A stretch of 64,000 bases of DNA from Bacillota bacterium (GCA_021847575.1 JAJZQO010000001.1:31415-95414); one strand, 5' to 3'. Positions 9,374-19,379 are shown, numbered from the stretch's first letter. Numbers and translations are program-made. The notes: generated by a model not told the origin, from the letters alone.

Positions 9374-10393
9374 GTGGGGTTGCCGTTCGGGATAGCCAGG
9401 TCGCTCAGTCCGAGAGGAGCTCTGCCGATCGATGCGGAGCGGCTCGACAGTAGTGGAGATGCCCGCGCGGACGAACTCGAGATCGCCGTCGCGGAGCTCC
9501 TGATCAGCTCGACCGCGTTTCGCCAGCTCATGGGCGCCAGCGATCCGGCGCAGCGCATTCGCGACATCGTGGCTGGCGAAGGCCGCTTTCGCGATCCCGT
9601 GACTGGGGCGGGCGGCGTCCTGCTGGGACGCATCGCGACCGTGGGAGAGAGCTTCCGCTCGGATCCCCAACCGCGCGGCGGGGAGCGGATTGTGACGCTG
9701 CTTTCCCTGGCGTGCACACCGTTGCGCCTCGATGCGGTGCTTGGCATCGACAACCTGCGCATGGCCGTGCAGGTTCGGGGGACCGCATTCCTGCCGCAGG
9801 GCGCGCCCTGGATCGAGCCGCCCGCCGCCCTGGCGGACAACGTTGCCCTCGCCACCCTCGACGTCTGCGGTGCCCCCGCGCACGCCCATCGCCTGGCGCG
9901 CCCGGGCGAAGACATCCTTGTGCTCGGGGCGGGCAAGGCTGGGGTGCTCACGGCACTGGCCGCTATCGAGAGCGGGGCCAACGTGATGCTCCTTGAAGGT
10001 CGCGCCGCGCGGCTCGAGGCGGTGCAGGCCGTGTTGCCGCTTGCGGGGGCCGCCGTCGTTGACGCGACAGAGCCTTTGGCGGTGCATGAAGTGGTGGGTC
10101 GCTTGACTGGCGGCCGTGGCGCCGCGCTCACCTTCTCCTGCGTCAACGTCGCGCGCGCGGAGGCCTCGGCCTTCCTTGCGACGCGTGACGGGGGCACCGT
10201 CGTCTACTTCTCGATGTCGACCGACTTCGCGCGCGCCGCCTTGGGGGCCGAGAGCGCGCAACGCGACGTCACCATGGTGATCGGCAACGGGTTCGTGCCT
10301 GGCCACGCCGCCTACGCGCTCGATCTCGTGCGCCGTCATCCCGAAGTCCACCAACTGCTCGGTAACAGTGGGAAGGGAGGCGATGCGAACTAG
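9374..10393 (+). CDS. kdd: L-erythro-3,5-diaminohexanoate dehydrogenase-like protein
   Basis: PFGIARSLSPRGALP, DPVTGAGGVLLG, TLLSLACTPL, LDVCGAPA, GAGKAG, YFSMSTDFARAALGAE, IGNGFVPGHA match Kdd as recalled; GTG start after GGGGAG. Confidence 0.8.
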   Translation: MGLPFGIARSLSPRGALPIDAERLDSSGDARADELEIAVAELLISSTAFRQLMGASDPAQRIRDIVAGEGRFRDPVTGAGGVLLGRIATVGESFRSDPQPRGGERIVTLLSLACTPLRLDAVLGIDNLRMAVQVRGTAFLPQGAPWIEPPAALADNVALATLDVCGAPAHAHRLARPGEDILVLGAGKAGVLTALAAIESGANVMLLEGRAARLEAVQAVLPLAGAAVVDATEPLAVHEVVGRLTGGRGAALTFSCVNVARAEASAFLATRDGGTVVYFSMSTDFARAALGAESAQRDVTMVIGNGFVPGHAAYALDLVRRHPEVHQLLGNSGKGGDAN

Positions 10394-10431
10394 GCGGTGC
10401 GAACCGGCTCAAGGATTAGGGGAGGTGTTCT

Positions 10432-12015
10432 TTGTTGTCGGTACAGGGGGGGAAGCTCCGCAGGGAGCTGCGCATCCGCGATCTCTTCTTCGCGAACATG
10501 GCGGGCATCATCGGCTCAGGATGGCTGTTCGGGGCCATCTACGCCGCCAACATCGCCGGCCCGGCGTCGATCCTGGCGTGGCTGATCGGCGGGCTGCTCA
10601 TGCTGGTGCTGGCACTCGTCTATGCAGAGCTGGGCGGCATGCTGCCGAAGCCGGGCGCGCTCGTCCGCTACCCGCAGTTCTCCCACGGTAGCCTGGTCTC
10701 GTTCATCCTGTCCTGGTCCGTCTGGATCGCGTATGCCACGGTGGCTCCGCTCGAGGCGGAAGCGTCCGTGCAGTACGCGTCCTACTATTTCCCGGCCCTG
10801 GTGCATGGTAGCTCGCTGACTCCGGTCGGGCTGGTCACAGCGGCCCTGCTCGTCGTTCTCTTCTTTGTCCTCAACTACTTCGGCGTCAAGCTTATGGCGC
10901 AGATCAACGGAATTGTCACGGCGCTCAAGATCATCGTGCCGGTACTGACGATCGTGGTTCTGCTCTTTGTCGGCATGCATCCGGCGAACTTCGGCCACTA
11001 CGGCGGCTTCATGCCGGGCGGGACAGCCTCCATCCTCTCGGCCATCACGGTCAGCGGCATCGCGCTGTCCTACACGGGTTTCCGGCAGGCCATCGACTTG
11101 GCCGGCGAGGCGAAGAACCCTGCCCGCGACGTGCCGCGGGCAGTCATCGCCTCGATCCTCGTGACGATTGTGATCTACACCTTGCTCGAAGTGGTGTTCG
11201 TCGGCGGACTCACGCCCGCCGCGCTCGCGCACGGCTGGGCGAATCTGAGCCTCTCGTCGCCGTTCGCCGACCTTGCCCTGGCGCTGAACCTCGGCTGGCT
11301 CGCGACGATCCTGTTCGGCGACGCAGTCGTCTCGCCGTCCGGTACCGGCCTGATCGCCACCGCCAGCACGGGGCGCGTCGTCATGGCGATGGTGGCCAAC
11401 GGCTACGCTCCATCGAAGCTGGGTGAGACCCACCCACGCTACAAGGTCCCGACTCCCGCGCTTTGGGTGAACCTCGTGATCGGCATCCTGTTTCTTCTGC
11501 CGTACCAGGGCTGGGCGTCGCTCGTGACGATCGTCTCATCGAGCACGATTCTCAGCTATATCCTCGGACCGGTCAGCGCCGCCGTCCTGCGTCGCACCGC
11601 CGCCGACATCAAGCGGTCCTACACTGTGCCTGGCATGTCCTGGATCGCCCCGCTCGGCTTCGTCATCGCCACCCTGATGATCTTCTGGGCGGGCTGGCCG
11701 CTTGTCGGGCAGCTGCTGATCGCGATGGCGGTGGGCCTGCTGGTCTACGCGTACTACTTCGCGCGCGGCAGCTTCCCGAGCGCGCACCTGCGTTCGGGCG
11801 CCTGGCTCGTCGGCTACCTGGTGTTCATCGGTCTCATATCCTGGGTTGGTTCTTTCGGTAGCGGCTTGAAGGTCATTCCCTACCCTTGGGATATGGTGGT
11901 TGTCATCATAGGATCGCTCGCCTTCTTCTACGCGGGTGTCCACAGCGCGCTGCCGCTGCCGGCCGACTCGCCGTACCGTAAGGAGCTGGCGACAGGCGAA
12001 ACCCCTTCCGACTGA
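10432..12015 (+). CDS. APC family amino acid permease
   Basis: GIIGSGWLFG, YAELGGMLP, GEAKNP; many TM segments. Confidence 0.9.
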   Translation: MLSVQGGKLRRELRIRDLFFANMAGIIGSGWLFGAIYAANIAGPASILAWLIGGLLMLVLALVYAELGGMLPKPGALVRYPQFSHGSLVSFILSWSVWIAYATVAPLEAEASVQYASYYFPALVHGSSLTPVGLVTAALLVVLFFVLNYFGVKLMAQINGIVTALKIIVPVLTIVVLLFVGMHPANFGHYGGFMPGGTASILSAITVSGIALSYTGFRQAIDLAGEAKNPARDVPRAVIASILVTIVIYTLLEVVFVGGLTPAALAHGWANLSLSSPFADLALALNLGWLATILFGDAVVSPSGTGLIATASTGRVVMAMVANGYAPSKLGETHPRYKVPTPALWVNLVIGILFLLPYQGWASLVTIVSSSTILSYILGPVSAAVLRRTAADIKRSYTVPGMSWIAPLGFVIATLMIFWAGWPLVGQLLIAMAVGLLVYAYYFARGSFPSAHLRSGAWLVGYLVFIGLISWVGSFGSGLKVIPYPWDMVVVIIGSLAFFYAGVHSALPLPADSPYRKELATGETPSD

Positions 12016-12078
12016 AACGCCCCGCCGCCGGGCTGGCCCGTGCCAACCCGGCGGCCTGGGCCGGATGGAGGCTGTGCT

Positions 12079-12471
12079 TTGCAGGTCAAGACCACCCTGC
12101 GCATCGGGGCCGCGGACGCGCACTATGGCGGCGGCCTCGTGGACGGTGCGTATCTGCTCAAAGTGTTCGGCGATCTCGCGACCGAAATCTGCATCCGCCA
12201 CGATGGCGACGAGGGGCTCTTCCGCGCCTACACCTCGGTGGAGTTTCTCGCGCCACTGCGCGCAGGCGACTTCGTCGAGGTCACTGCGGAACTCGTCTCT
12301 GCCGGGCGCACCTCGAGACGCCTCCGCTTCGCAGCGGTCAAGCTGATCGCGGCCAGACCGGATCTCGGCCCATCCGCGGCGGATGTTCTAATGCAGCCTG
12401 TCCAAGTTGCGACGGCCGACGGCGTCGTTGTGGTTCCGCTGGCCTGTCAGCGCCTGGGAGGCATATCATGA
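12079..12471 (+). CDS. kal: 3-aminobutyryl-CoA ammonia-lyase (hotdog fold)
   Basis: DAHYGGGLVDGA, FGDLATE, DGDEGLFRAY..VEFLAP signature; TTG start after GGAGG. Confidence 0.85.
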   Translation: MQVKTTLRIGAADAHYGGGLVDGAYLLKVFGDLATEICIRHDGDEGLFRAYTSVEFLAPLRAGDFVEVTAELVSAGRTSRRLRFAAVKLIAARPDLGPSAADVLMQPVQVATADGVVVVPLACQRLGGIS

Positions 12472-12475
12472 CATT

Positions 12476-13294
12476 ATGGATCCCCTGATCATCACAGTCG
12501 CCCTGACGGGTGCCGAAGTAACTCCCGCGCAGCAGCCGCATCTGCCGGTGACGCCCGCCGAACTGATCGATGCCGCCGTCGCGTGCCGCGCGGCCGGAGC
12601 CGCGATGGTGCACCTGCATGTGCGTGCGGCGGACGGCACGCCCTCCTCGAACCCCGACCTGTTCCGCGAGGCGGTGGCTGGCATCCGGGCCAGGACGGAC
12701 CTCATCGTGCAGGTGTCGACGGGTGGCGCCGTGGGCATGTCCGAGGTGGAGCGCCTGAATGGTCTCACCGCGCGCCCCGATATGGCGAGTCTGACACCGG
12801 GCACGGTCAACTTCGGCACGGAAGTGTTCTGGAACCCGCCTGATCTGGTGCGGCGCTTCGCCGAGCGCATGCGGAGCCTAGGCGTCGTGCCCGAGATCGA
12901 GATCTTCGACCACGGCATGCTGGCGACCGCCGTGAAGCTGCAGGCGGAAGGTCTCCTGTCCTCCTCGGCGCATTTCGACCTTGTTCTTGGCGTGCCGGGC
13001 GGGGCTCCGGCCGATTTCGAGACAGCGATGCTGCTTATGCGCAAGCTGCCACAGGCCTCCACCTGCAGCATCGCGGCGGTCGGCAGGAACCAGCTGCCGC
13101 TCAACGTCTTCGCGATCCTGTCTGGCGCACATGTGCGCACAGGCTTCGAGGACAACATCTATTACGCCCCCGGACGCAGGGCGGCGTCGAACGCCGAGCT
13201 CGTCGCACGCATCGCACGCATCGCCTTCGAGCTCGGACGCCCGCTGGCGACCCCGGCCGAGGCGCGCTGGATCCTGGGATTGACCGGCAGGTAG
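12476..13294 (+). CDS. kce: 3-keto-5-aminohexanoate cleavage enzyme (BKACE/DUF849)
   Basis: LIITVALTGAE, HLH Zn site, STGG, GTVNFG, RTGFEDNIY. Confidence 0.9.
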   Translation: MDPLIITVALTGAEVTPAQQPHLPVTPAELIDAAVACRAAGAAMVHLHVRAADGTPSSNPDLFREAVAGIRARTDLIVQVSTGGAVGMSEVERLNGLTARPDMASLTPGTVNFGTEVFWNPPDLVRRFAERMRSLGVVPEIEIFDHGMLATAVKLQAEGLLSSSAHFDLVLGVPGGAPADFETAMLLMRKLPQASTCSIAAVGRNQLPLNVFAILSGAHVRTGFEDNIYYAPGRRAASNAELVARIARIAFELGRPLATPAEARWILGLTGR

Positions 13295-13369
13295 CCCGGG
13301 CCTGCGCTGGTCGGCAAGAGGATCCGGCCCGGAAACGCCTTTGCGGCCTCGGGGACGTTCCCGGTCGTT

Positions 13370-13555
13370 GCGCCCTGCGGCGCTTGTCCGCTGGCTTCGA
13401 CGATCACGGATCTCGTCTGCGCGGCAAGCCTGCCGATGCGCGCGGGAAACGCCAAAGTGCTGTATTCGTCCCGCTCGCCGGGCATGGCAAGAACCAGCGC
13501 GGGCAGGCGGCGCCGAACTCCGTCGAAGGTCCAGTCCGCGCACTCGGGGGAGAGT
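13370..13555 (-). pseudogene. Fragment of an alpha/beta hydrolase C-terminus
   Basis: LSPECADWTFDG...VLAMPGERDEYSTLAFPARIG resembles the acid-residue region of alpha/beta hydrolases; no intact N-terminus seen. Confidence 0.4.
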
Positions 13556-13961
13556 CGGTTCGGTCCAATGCATCGGGGATCCGCCGAGCCTTGTCCCACT
13601 GGTAGCGGGCAAGAGTCGCGAAGCCGGACCCGGTGTTACCGTGCGCGCGGCGGGGACGAAGTCCGCCCCAAGTGCTCCTGGCCTTAGGCGCAGCCAGCCG
13701 AAGCGCAGACCACGCTCTTGTGGGCCACAAGTCCAATGACAATCCGGCAAGCGTTTGGCACGGGCGCATCGAATCCCACGTGCATCTTCCGGAGGCTGGT
13801 TGCCAGGCGGCTCGGCTTGCGTGTTTGCCATGCCTTCGGCCGGTTGCGCTCTGACAGTCAGACAGTCAAGGCGTCCGGCCACGTTCGTCGAATGTCCATG
13901 GTGGCTTACGAGAGTTCCGAACCGTGGCGACCCGCCGGTACTTCGCGCATCGTGCAAAGGG

Positions 13962-14606
13962 GTGCGGCTTCCCACGAACTTGCAGATTGCGAACGTTCGC
14001 TGGCCACCCTTGCGCTTCTGGATCTCATCGCTCTGCCTCGCCCTCGAGCTCCGCTTTCTCGAAAAGGCATCGAGCATCAGCTCGGGCGGTGCGTCCGGCG
14101 TATCGCTTGCCCTCTACCACTGGACGCACCTGCCGCTCGGCTTTTGGACCTTCGCCGTGAAGATCCTCATCCTTGTGCTGGTCTGGCGCGTTCAAGGGAG
14201 CCGCCAACTGCTCTGGACCGTAGTCTCGGCTAGTCTTGGCTCGGTGCTCATCTACCTTGCGGAGCTGGTGCCGTTCCAGCCGCTCCCCTTGCCACTCGCC
14301 TTGCCGCTCATCCTGCTGTTTTCCTACCTGCCGTCGGCGCTACTGCTCTCGTGCGGCTACTCGTCAGGCGGATTCTCGTCGATCGCCCTGATCCTCGAGA
14401 AGCGAGGTGTGCCCACTGCAGTCACCTTCAGCGGACTAAACGCGCTCTCGCTGTTGCTCATGTTCCTCGCCTACGGACAGGTGTCGGGTCTGCTCTCGCT
14501 TATCGCCATGCTGTTCGCCGGCGCATCCAACTGGATCTGGCTGACACTCTTCCGACGTTACCTGAGGCGGATCCCGGCCTTACCGGCCGCGGCCGGCCTG
14601 TCGTGA
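13962..14606 (+). CDS. YitT-like membrane protein
   Basis: Twice-repeated SSGG motif (ISSGGASGVS, YSSGGFSSIA), multiple TM helices; start uncertain. Confidence 0.65.
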   Translation: MRLPTNLQIANVRWPPLRFWISSLCLALELRFLEKASSISSGGASGVSLALYHWTHLPLGFWTFAVKILILVLVWRVQGSRQLLWTVVSASLGSVLIYLAELVPFQPLPLPLALPLILLFSYLPSALLLSCGYSSGGFSSIALILEKRGVPTAVTFSGLNALSLLLMFLAYGQVSGLLSLIAMLFAGASNWIWLTLFRRYLRRIPALPAAAGLS

Positions 14607-14714
14607 GGCAGGCGTTACGGCGGGATACGAGGCGCCGGAAGGGCTTGGCGCGACCATCGGATGTCTCATCGCCGACAGGCGGGTGGCTCAGGCCCTGACG
14701 GGGGCGCGTTCCCT

Positions 14715-15062
14715 GTTCAGAATCTCGCGCAGGAGAAATTCCGCGGGGAACTCGTCGGCATCTACATCTCGAGGGCATCAGGCGCTACCTCCGGGAACTG
14801 GCCGTGCGCTCCCGCGACATCCCCGACGATTACACGGCCGCCACGCTCTTCAACATCGCGCGCTGCATGTTCGGCATCCAGACAGACGGGGTGCACGAAG
14901 CGGGAGGCGGCGGCTTGGCTCGCCCTGCGTCAGCCGTCGCTTGGGCCCGCGCTGCAGGTTGCCATCGACCTGCGCGATGGGCGGACGGCGTCCCAGGCCG
15001 AGATGACGGTGCTGCGGGAGGGACTCGCCCTGGCCCAGGCGATGGCCCCTTTCAGCAGCTGA
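14715..15062 (+). pseudogene. Degraded aminoglycoside-nucleotidyltransferase-like (DUF4111) gene
   Basis: Pieces in different frames: ELVGIYI, then TLFNIARCMFGIQTDG, then TKREAAAWLA; frameshifts near 14768 and 14890 and apparent internal deletion. Confidence 0.45.
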
Positions 15063-15147
15063 GAGGGCAGAGCCGACCTGGGCGGCGAATGCAGGGGAGG
15101 ATGCGAAACCAGGGCCCGGCTGCTGTAGCGGAGGAGTGGTGTTTTTC

Positions 15148-16017
15148 TTGCGCATCGCGCTATGCCAGATGGATCTCGTCAAGGGCGAAGTCGAGGAGAA
15201 CCGCAAGCGGACAGGGGATTGGCTCGGTCGCGCCGCCGACGCAGGGGCGCAGCTCGTGCTTCTGCCCGAACTGGTCACGACGGGCTACACCCTGGGCGAA
15301 GCTTTCGTGGAGCTCGCCGAGGAGGTGCCAGGCGAGACGAGCCGCCTCTGGTGCCAGATCGCCGCGGAGCGGCAGATCCACATTTGTGGCGGCATGGCGC
15401 GCGTCGCGCCGTCGGGGCTCATTTACAACTCCGCCCTGCTGATCGGGCCCGCTGGGCTCATCGGCGTCTACGACAAGGCCGTACCGCCGCTCTACCTGCA
15501 CGAAGGCGAACCGGGCGGCGGCGCCTGCATCGAGGCGGAGATCTTCCGCCGGGGGGACGCACTGCCGGTCTTTGCGACGTCTTTCGGGCGCGTCGGGGTC
15601 CAGATCTGCCAGGACGCGGTCTATGGCGAGTTCGTGCGCGCGCAGGCCCTGCAGGGCGCGGACCTCATCCTGCAGGTGAGCAATTCGCCGCGCATCAAGA
15701 CGCAGCATGAGGATGACATCACGCCGCTCACGACCCGCGTGCACGCGTTCGATACAGGGACGGCGATCGCGTTCTGCAACCGCGCGGGCGAGGAGGAGTA
15801 CACGTTCCACGGCGGGCACGCGACCGCGCGCTTCGGTGTGGCCTCACACATCTGCGATGCCGACGGCAACTTCCTGGCCCTGTCGGAGAAGGGCGGCGAG
15901 GAGGACCTGCTCCTGGCGGACCTGGACCTCGCGAAGTCCAGGCGGGCGCGGTGGCAACAGAAATTCCATCGCGACTGGCGCGGCGACCTCCTCGGCCCAC
16001 TTGTGCGCCTGCCGTAG
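15148..16017 (+). CDS. Carbon-nitrogen hydrolase (nitrilase superfamily)
   Basis: Glu-Lys-Cys triad: LLPEL, YDK, QICQD. Confidence 0.9.
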   Translation: MRIALCQMDLVKGEVEENRKRTGDWLGRAADAGAQLVLLPELVTTGYTLGEAFVELAEEVPGETSRLWCQIAAERQIHICGGMARVAPSGLIYNSALLIGPAGLIGVYDKAVPPLYLHEGEPGGGACIEAEIFRRGDALPVFATSFGRVGVQICQDAVYGEFVRAQALQGADLILQVSNSPRIKTQHEDDITPLTTRVHAFDTGTAIAFCNRAGEEEYTFHGGHATARFGVASHICDADGNFLALSEKGGEEDLLLADLDLAKSRRARWQQKFHRDWRGDLLGPLVRLP

Positions 16018-16762
16018 TCAAGGCTCCGGCACGAGGCTCGAGATGCCTTGGGCATCTCCCAGGTTGCCGTCCCAACAGATGCAGTCGGCCATGACCCGCG
16101 AAAGGCATGACGGCATGCCGCACCCGCCCGCCGAGGACCTGCTCGTGTGTCATATCCATGTGCCTGCGCGAGAGCCGTCTTGCGGCGGGTCGACTCCAGA
16201 TACCCGTCGACCGGGCGCGTGAACGCGAGCGGCCAAACTTCCTGTCTGCCATTAACGTCGACGGGTCTGCCCGCCGCGCGTGCTTGAATCATGTCGTACG
16301 GCCATAGCCCCTAGTCCACGCCAGCCAGGTACGCGTGCGGGCGTTGCGGCCGGCAGTGGGGGGAGCCGGTCCACTCCATCGCGTGCGGGCCGTCGCCCAC
16401 AACGAGAGCGCAGGGCGGTTCAGGTCTCGCAGCCGCCTTCGCGTAGAGCATTCCAGTCCGCGATGAGCACCGGCACGAGCCCGCCTGGGGTGCGAAGGGT
16501 CCACGGCGCCTGCGCGGCCGCGAGCCGCACGAGCGCACGCGCGATCTCGTCTTGCGCTACCCAGGTCCTGCATGTTGGCGGGTGGCCTTCGATCGTGCTC
16601 GCGCGAACGGCATGCACTTACTCGGGACAGCGGGAGGCGACCGCATGCCCCTGCGACGCTCCCCGCCGTCGGCCGACCCGCGCGGCCGTCCTTTCCTCGG
16701 CTGACGGTGCGCACCCGATCCGCTGCGCCGCTTCGGCTGCCAATTAAACGTCACGCCTTGCA

Positions 16763-16778
16763 TGTGCGCTACATCACG
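16763..16778. promoter_or_regulatory. Candidate Crp/Fnr-family binding site
   Basis: TGTGC-GCTACA-TCACG vs TGTGA-N6-TCACA, about 90 bp upstream of the oxidase subunit II gene. Confidence 0.55.
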
Positions 16779-16866
16779 GCGCGCGGGCCGTGATGGGACG
16801 ACGCTGGCAATTGGGGGCGGAAGACCGCCTGGGTGCGTCAGCCGACCGAATGGGGAGTGAGGTCGC

Positions 16867-17442
16867 ATGGTTCCGATCGAGGGACGGCAGCTTGCCATCC
16901 TGCTCTTGTGGATCTCCTTGTCGGCCATCGTCACAGTGGCGTTTTTGTGGGTGGTGCGCAGCACGCGACGGCCCCGCGACTTCGATGCGGTGCAGTCGGA
17001 CGGATACCGCCTCAGACGCGGCTGGGGCTGGGTGTACGGCTCGCTTCTGATCATCTCGTTCGCGGTCACGATCTGGACCATGCCGTACGCCTGGGCCCAA
17101 CAGGCCGCCGCAAAGTCCCCGGCCATAACCGTCGAGGTCGTGGCACACCAGTTCTCGTTCACGATGCCGAGCTCGCTGCCGGCAAGGCGCCTGATCAAGT
17201 TCGTCGTCACGTCCGCGGACGTGAACCACGGCTTCGGCATCTACAGCCCCCAGGGCGTCCTCCTGGCGCAGGTCCAGGCGATGCCCGACTACCACAACGT
17301 CCTCTACTTCACTTTCCCGGGTCCGGGGACGTACATCATCCGCTGCCTCGAGTACTGCGGCGAGGGCCACTCGGCGATGCAACAGCCGCTCAAGGTCTAT
17401 GTTTCCGGCAGCCAGGCGACATCCGTCAGCAAGGAGGCCTAG
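16867..17442 (+). CDS. Heme-copper oxidoreductase subunit II with CuA site
   Basis: Two N-terminal TM helices; SADVNHGF and CLEYCGEGHSAM CuA ligands. Confidence 0.9.
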   Translation: MVPIEGRQLAILLLWISLSAIVTVAFLWVVRSTRRPRDFDAVQSDGYRLRRGWGWVYGSLLIISFAVTIWTMPYAWAQQAAAKSPAITVEVVAHQFSFTMPSSLPARRLIKFVVTSADVNHGFGIYSPQGVLLAQVQAMPDYHNVLYFTFPGPGTYIIRCLEYCGEGHSAMQQPLKVYVSGSQATSVSKEA

Positions 17443-17445
17443 GCG

Positions 17446-18936
17446 ATGGCCAAGCCCGTCAGGGTTCAAGAGCCTGTCGCACTGCACGCCGCCGACATCG
17501 GCCTCACGCCCAGGCGTCTCGTGGGCATGACGCTTTCAGTCGGCCTTGGACTCATCTTCGTGCTCGGCATGATCGGCGGCATCATGAAGGCTGCGCAGGG
17601 CAACCTCATCCAGCTGCAGCCTGGGACCTTCTACGCGCTCCTGACACTGCACGGCGCGGGAATGATCTCGACGGTCGTCCTCCTGACCGCCGTCGCGCTC
17701 TGGTACGTGCTGCACGATCATCTGAGCCTGAGGCCCGACATGCTGGTGTTCTCGGTCGTCGCCATCGTCTGGGGGCTTGTGGCGGCGACGGTCGCCGTCC
17801 TGGTCGGCGGGTTCGGTCCGGCCTGGACCTTCCTCTACCCGCTGCCGTTCATGGGCACCTGGCCCAGCTGGTCCACAGGACTCTTCTTCTTCGGCGTGCT
17901 GTTCGTCGGCGTCGGCTTCGCCATTTTCTGCTTCGACCTGATGGCGGGCATCATCCGCACCTACGGCTCGATCTGGAACGGTCTGGCGTGGGATACCTGG
18001 ATTCCCAGGCTGCGCCGTCCCGACGGCAAGGTGGCCCCGCCCTCGGTGATCGCCGCCAGCATGGTGGCGATCGACGGACTGATCACGGTTGCGGCGGGCA
18101 GCGTGCTCGTCGTCGCACTCCTCGCCCATTGGTTCTCGCCGAAGTTCCCGATCGACCCGCTGTGGATCAAGAACCTGACCTTCTTCTTCGGCCATACGAT
18201 CGCGAACCTCGCGATCTACGTCTCGGCGGGCGTGATCTACTACATCCTGCCGAAGTACACCGGCCGCGCCTTCCACACGAACAAGGTCTACGCCCTCTCT
18301 TGGGCGATATCGCTCTTCTTCGTGCCTTGGGCCTGGCCGCACCATCTCTACATGGATTTCGTCCAGGCCCCGTGGCTGCAGGTCGGCGGCGAGGCATCGA
18401 CCTACATCGCCACCATCCCGGCGACGGTCGTGACCATCTTCGGTTCGCTGCTGCTCGTCTACCGCTCGGATATGCGCTGGCGCCCCGGCTCCACCCTGTT
18501 CCTGGCGGGGATCCTGGGCTGGCTTGTCGGCGGCGTCGCGGCCATGCTGGACGCCACCATCCCGTTCAACGCCGTCCTGCACAACACGCTGTGGGTGCCG
18601 GCCCACTTCCACACCTATCTGCTCGGCGGCGTCTTCCTCTTCGTACTCGGCTTCACCTCGTACTTCGTCGGGGAGCGACAGACCCCGGGCCGTCTCGTGA
18701 AGGCCATAGAGTGGACGTTCTTCACGGGTCTTGTCGGCTTTCTCCTGATGTTCTACGCGGGGGGCATCGAGGGCGTCCCGAGGCGTGAGGCAGTGCAGCC
18801 GCCACCTGGACCGATCCTCGCGGACATCGCCACGGGCTTTGTCGCAATCCTGCTGGTCGGGCTCGTGGCCATGCTGATCGAGTTCTGGGTACGAGCCAAG
18901 AGAAATGCGGCGAATGGGGAGGCGGAAGGACTGTGA
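17446..18936 (+). CDS. Heme-copper oxidoreductase subunit I, sNOR-like (putative nitric oxide reductase)
   Basis: TLHG, FFGHTIANLAIY, WPHHLYMD, HNTLWVPAHFH: all six His ligands present, Asn at His+4 instead of Tyr. Confidence 0.8.
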   Translation: MAKPVRVQEPVALHAADIGLTPRRLVGMTLSVGLGLIFVLGMIGGIMKAAQGNLIQLQPGTFYALLTLHGAGMISTVVLLTAVALWYVLHDHLSLRPDMLVFSVVAIVWGLVAATVAVLVGGFGPAWTFLYPLPFMGTWPSWSTGLFFFGVLFVGVGFAIFCFDLMAGIIRTYGSIWNGLAWDTWIPRLRRPDGKVAPPSVIAASMVAIDGLITVAAGSVLVVALLAHWFSPKFPIDPLWIKNLTFFFGHTIANLAIYVSAGVIYYILPKYTGRAFHTNKVYALSWAISLFFVPWAWPHHLYMDFVQAPWLQVGGEASTYIATIPATVVTIFGSLLLVYRSDMRWRPGSTLFLAGILGWLVGGVAAMLDATIPFNAVLHNTLWVPAHFHTYLLGGVFLFVLGFTSYFVGERQTPGRLVKAIEWTFFTGLVGFLLMFYAGGIEGVPRREAVQPPPGPILADIATGFVAILLVGLVAMLIEFWVRAKRNAANGEAEGL

Positions 18937-19379
18937 GAGCTCTGCAAAGGGCCTGGCCGCTTGCGCTCGGCCTGCTCGTCGCGATCGACCTCCTGGGACC
19001 GCTCGCCTTCGGCGCGGCGGCGCCGCCACTCGCGCTCCACCACCTGGAGCACGCCTTCCTGCTCGTATCCGGCGGCCTCTTCGCAATGGCCTACGTGCGC
19101 CGGCGCCCGAAGCCCTACGGCGATCCGCTCTGGATCCTGGCCGTCATCGGGCTCGGCACGCTCTCGCTCGTCTTGATGCTGCCGGACGTGTACGGCATCG
19201 TGGACGCCGAGCCTGTCCTCCATACCCTCCTCCACGTCGGGTTCCTGGTTATCGGCTGGCTTGGCGGATACGCCGCGGAGCGCTACGCCCCGAAGCTCGG
19301 CTTCGGCTGGCAACTGCTGGTCATCGTGATGGGCGTCATCACCGCCACGGGCTTTGGCTCTGGGCCGCCTGTCGCCTGA
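18933..19379 (+). CDS. CtaG/DUF1404-like membrane assembly factor
   Basis: Overlaps subunit I stop; two HxxxH TM motifs (HHLEH, HTLLH). Confidence 0.6.
   Translation: MRALQRAWPLALGLLVAIDLLGPLAFGAAAPPLALHHLEHAFLLVSGGLFAMAYVRRRPKPYGDPLWILAVIGLGTLSLVLMLPDVYGIVDAEPVLHTLLHVGFLVIGWLGGYAAERYAPKLGFGWQLLVIVMGVITATGFGSGPPVA

Noticed and set aside
16020-16750. Several short ORFs upstream of the oxidase
   Set aside because: No convincing RBS or recognisable motifs
17446-18936. Call as ordinary cytochrome c oxidase subunit I
   Set aside because: Lacks the His+4 cross-linking Tyr (HTIAN)
16833-19086. 651-aa (+) and 516-aa (-) ORFs over the oxidase genes
   Set aside because: Arg/Gly/Pro-rich off-frame or antisense translations with no motifs
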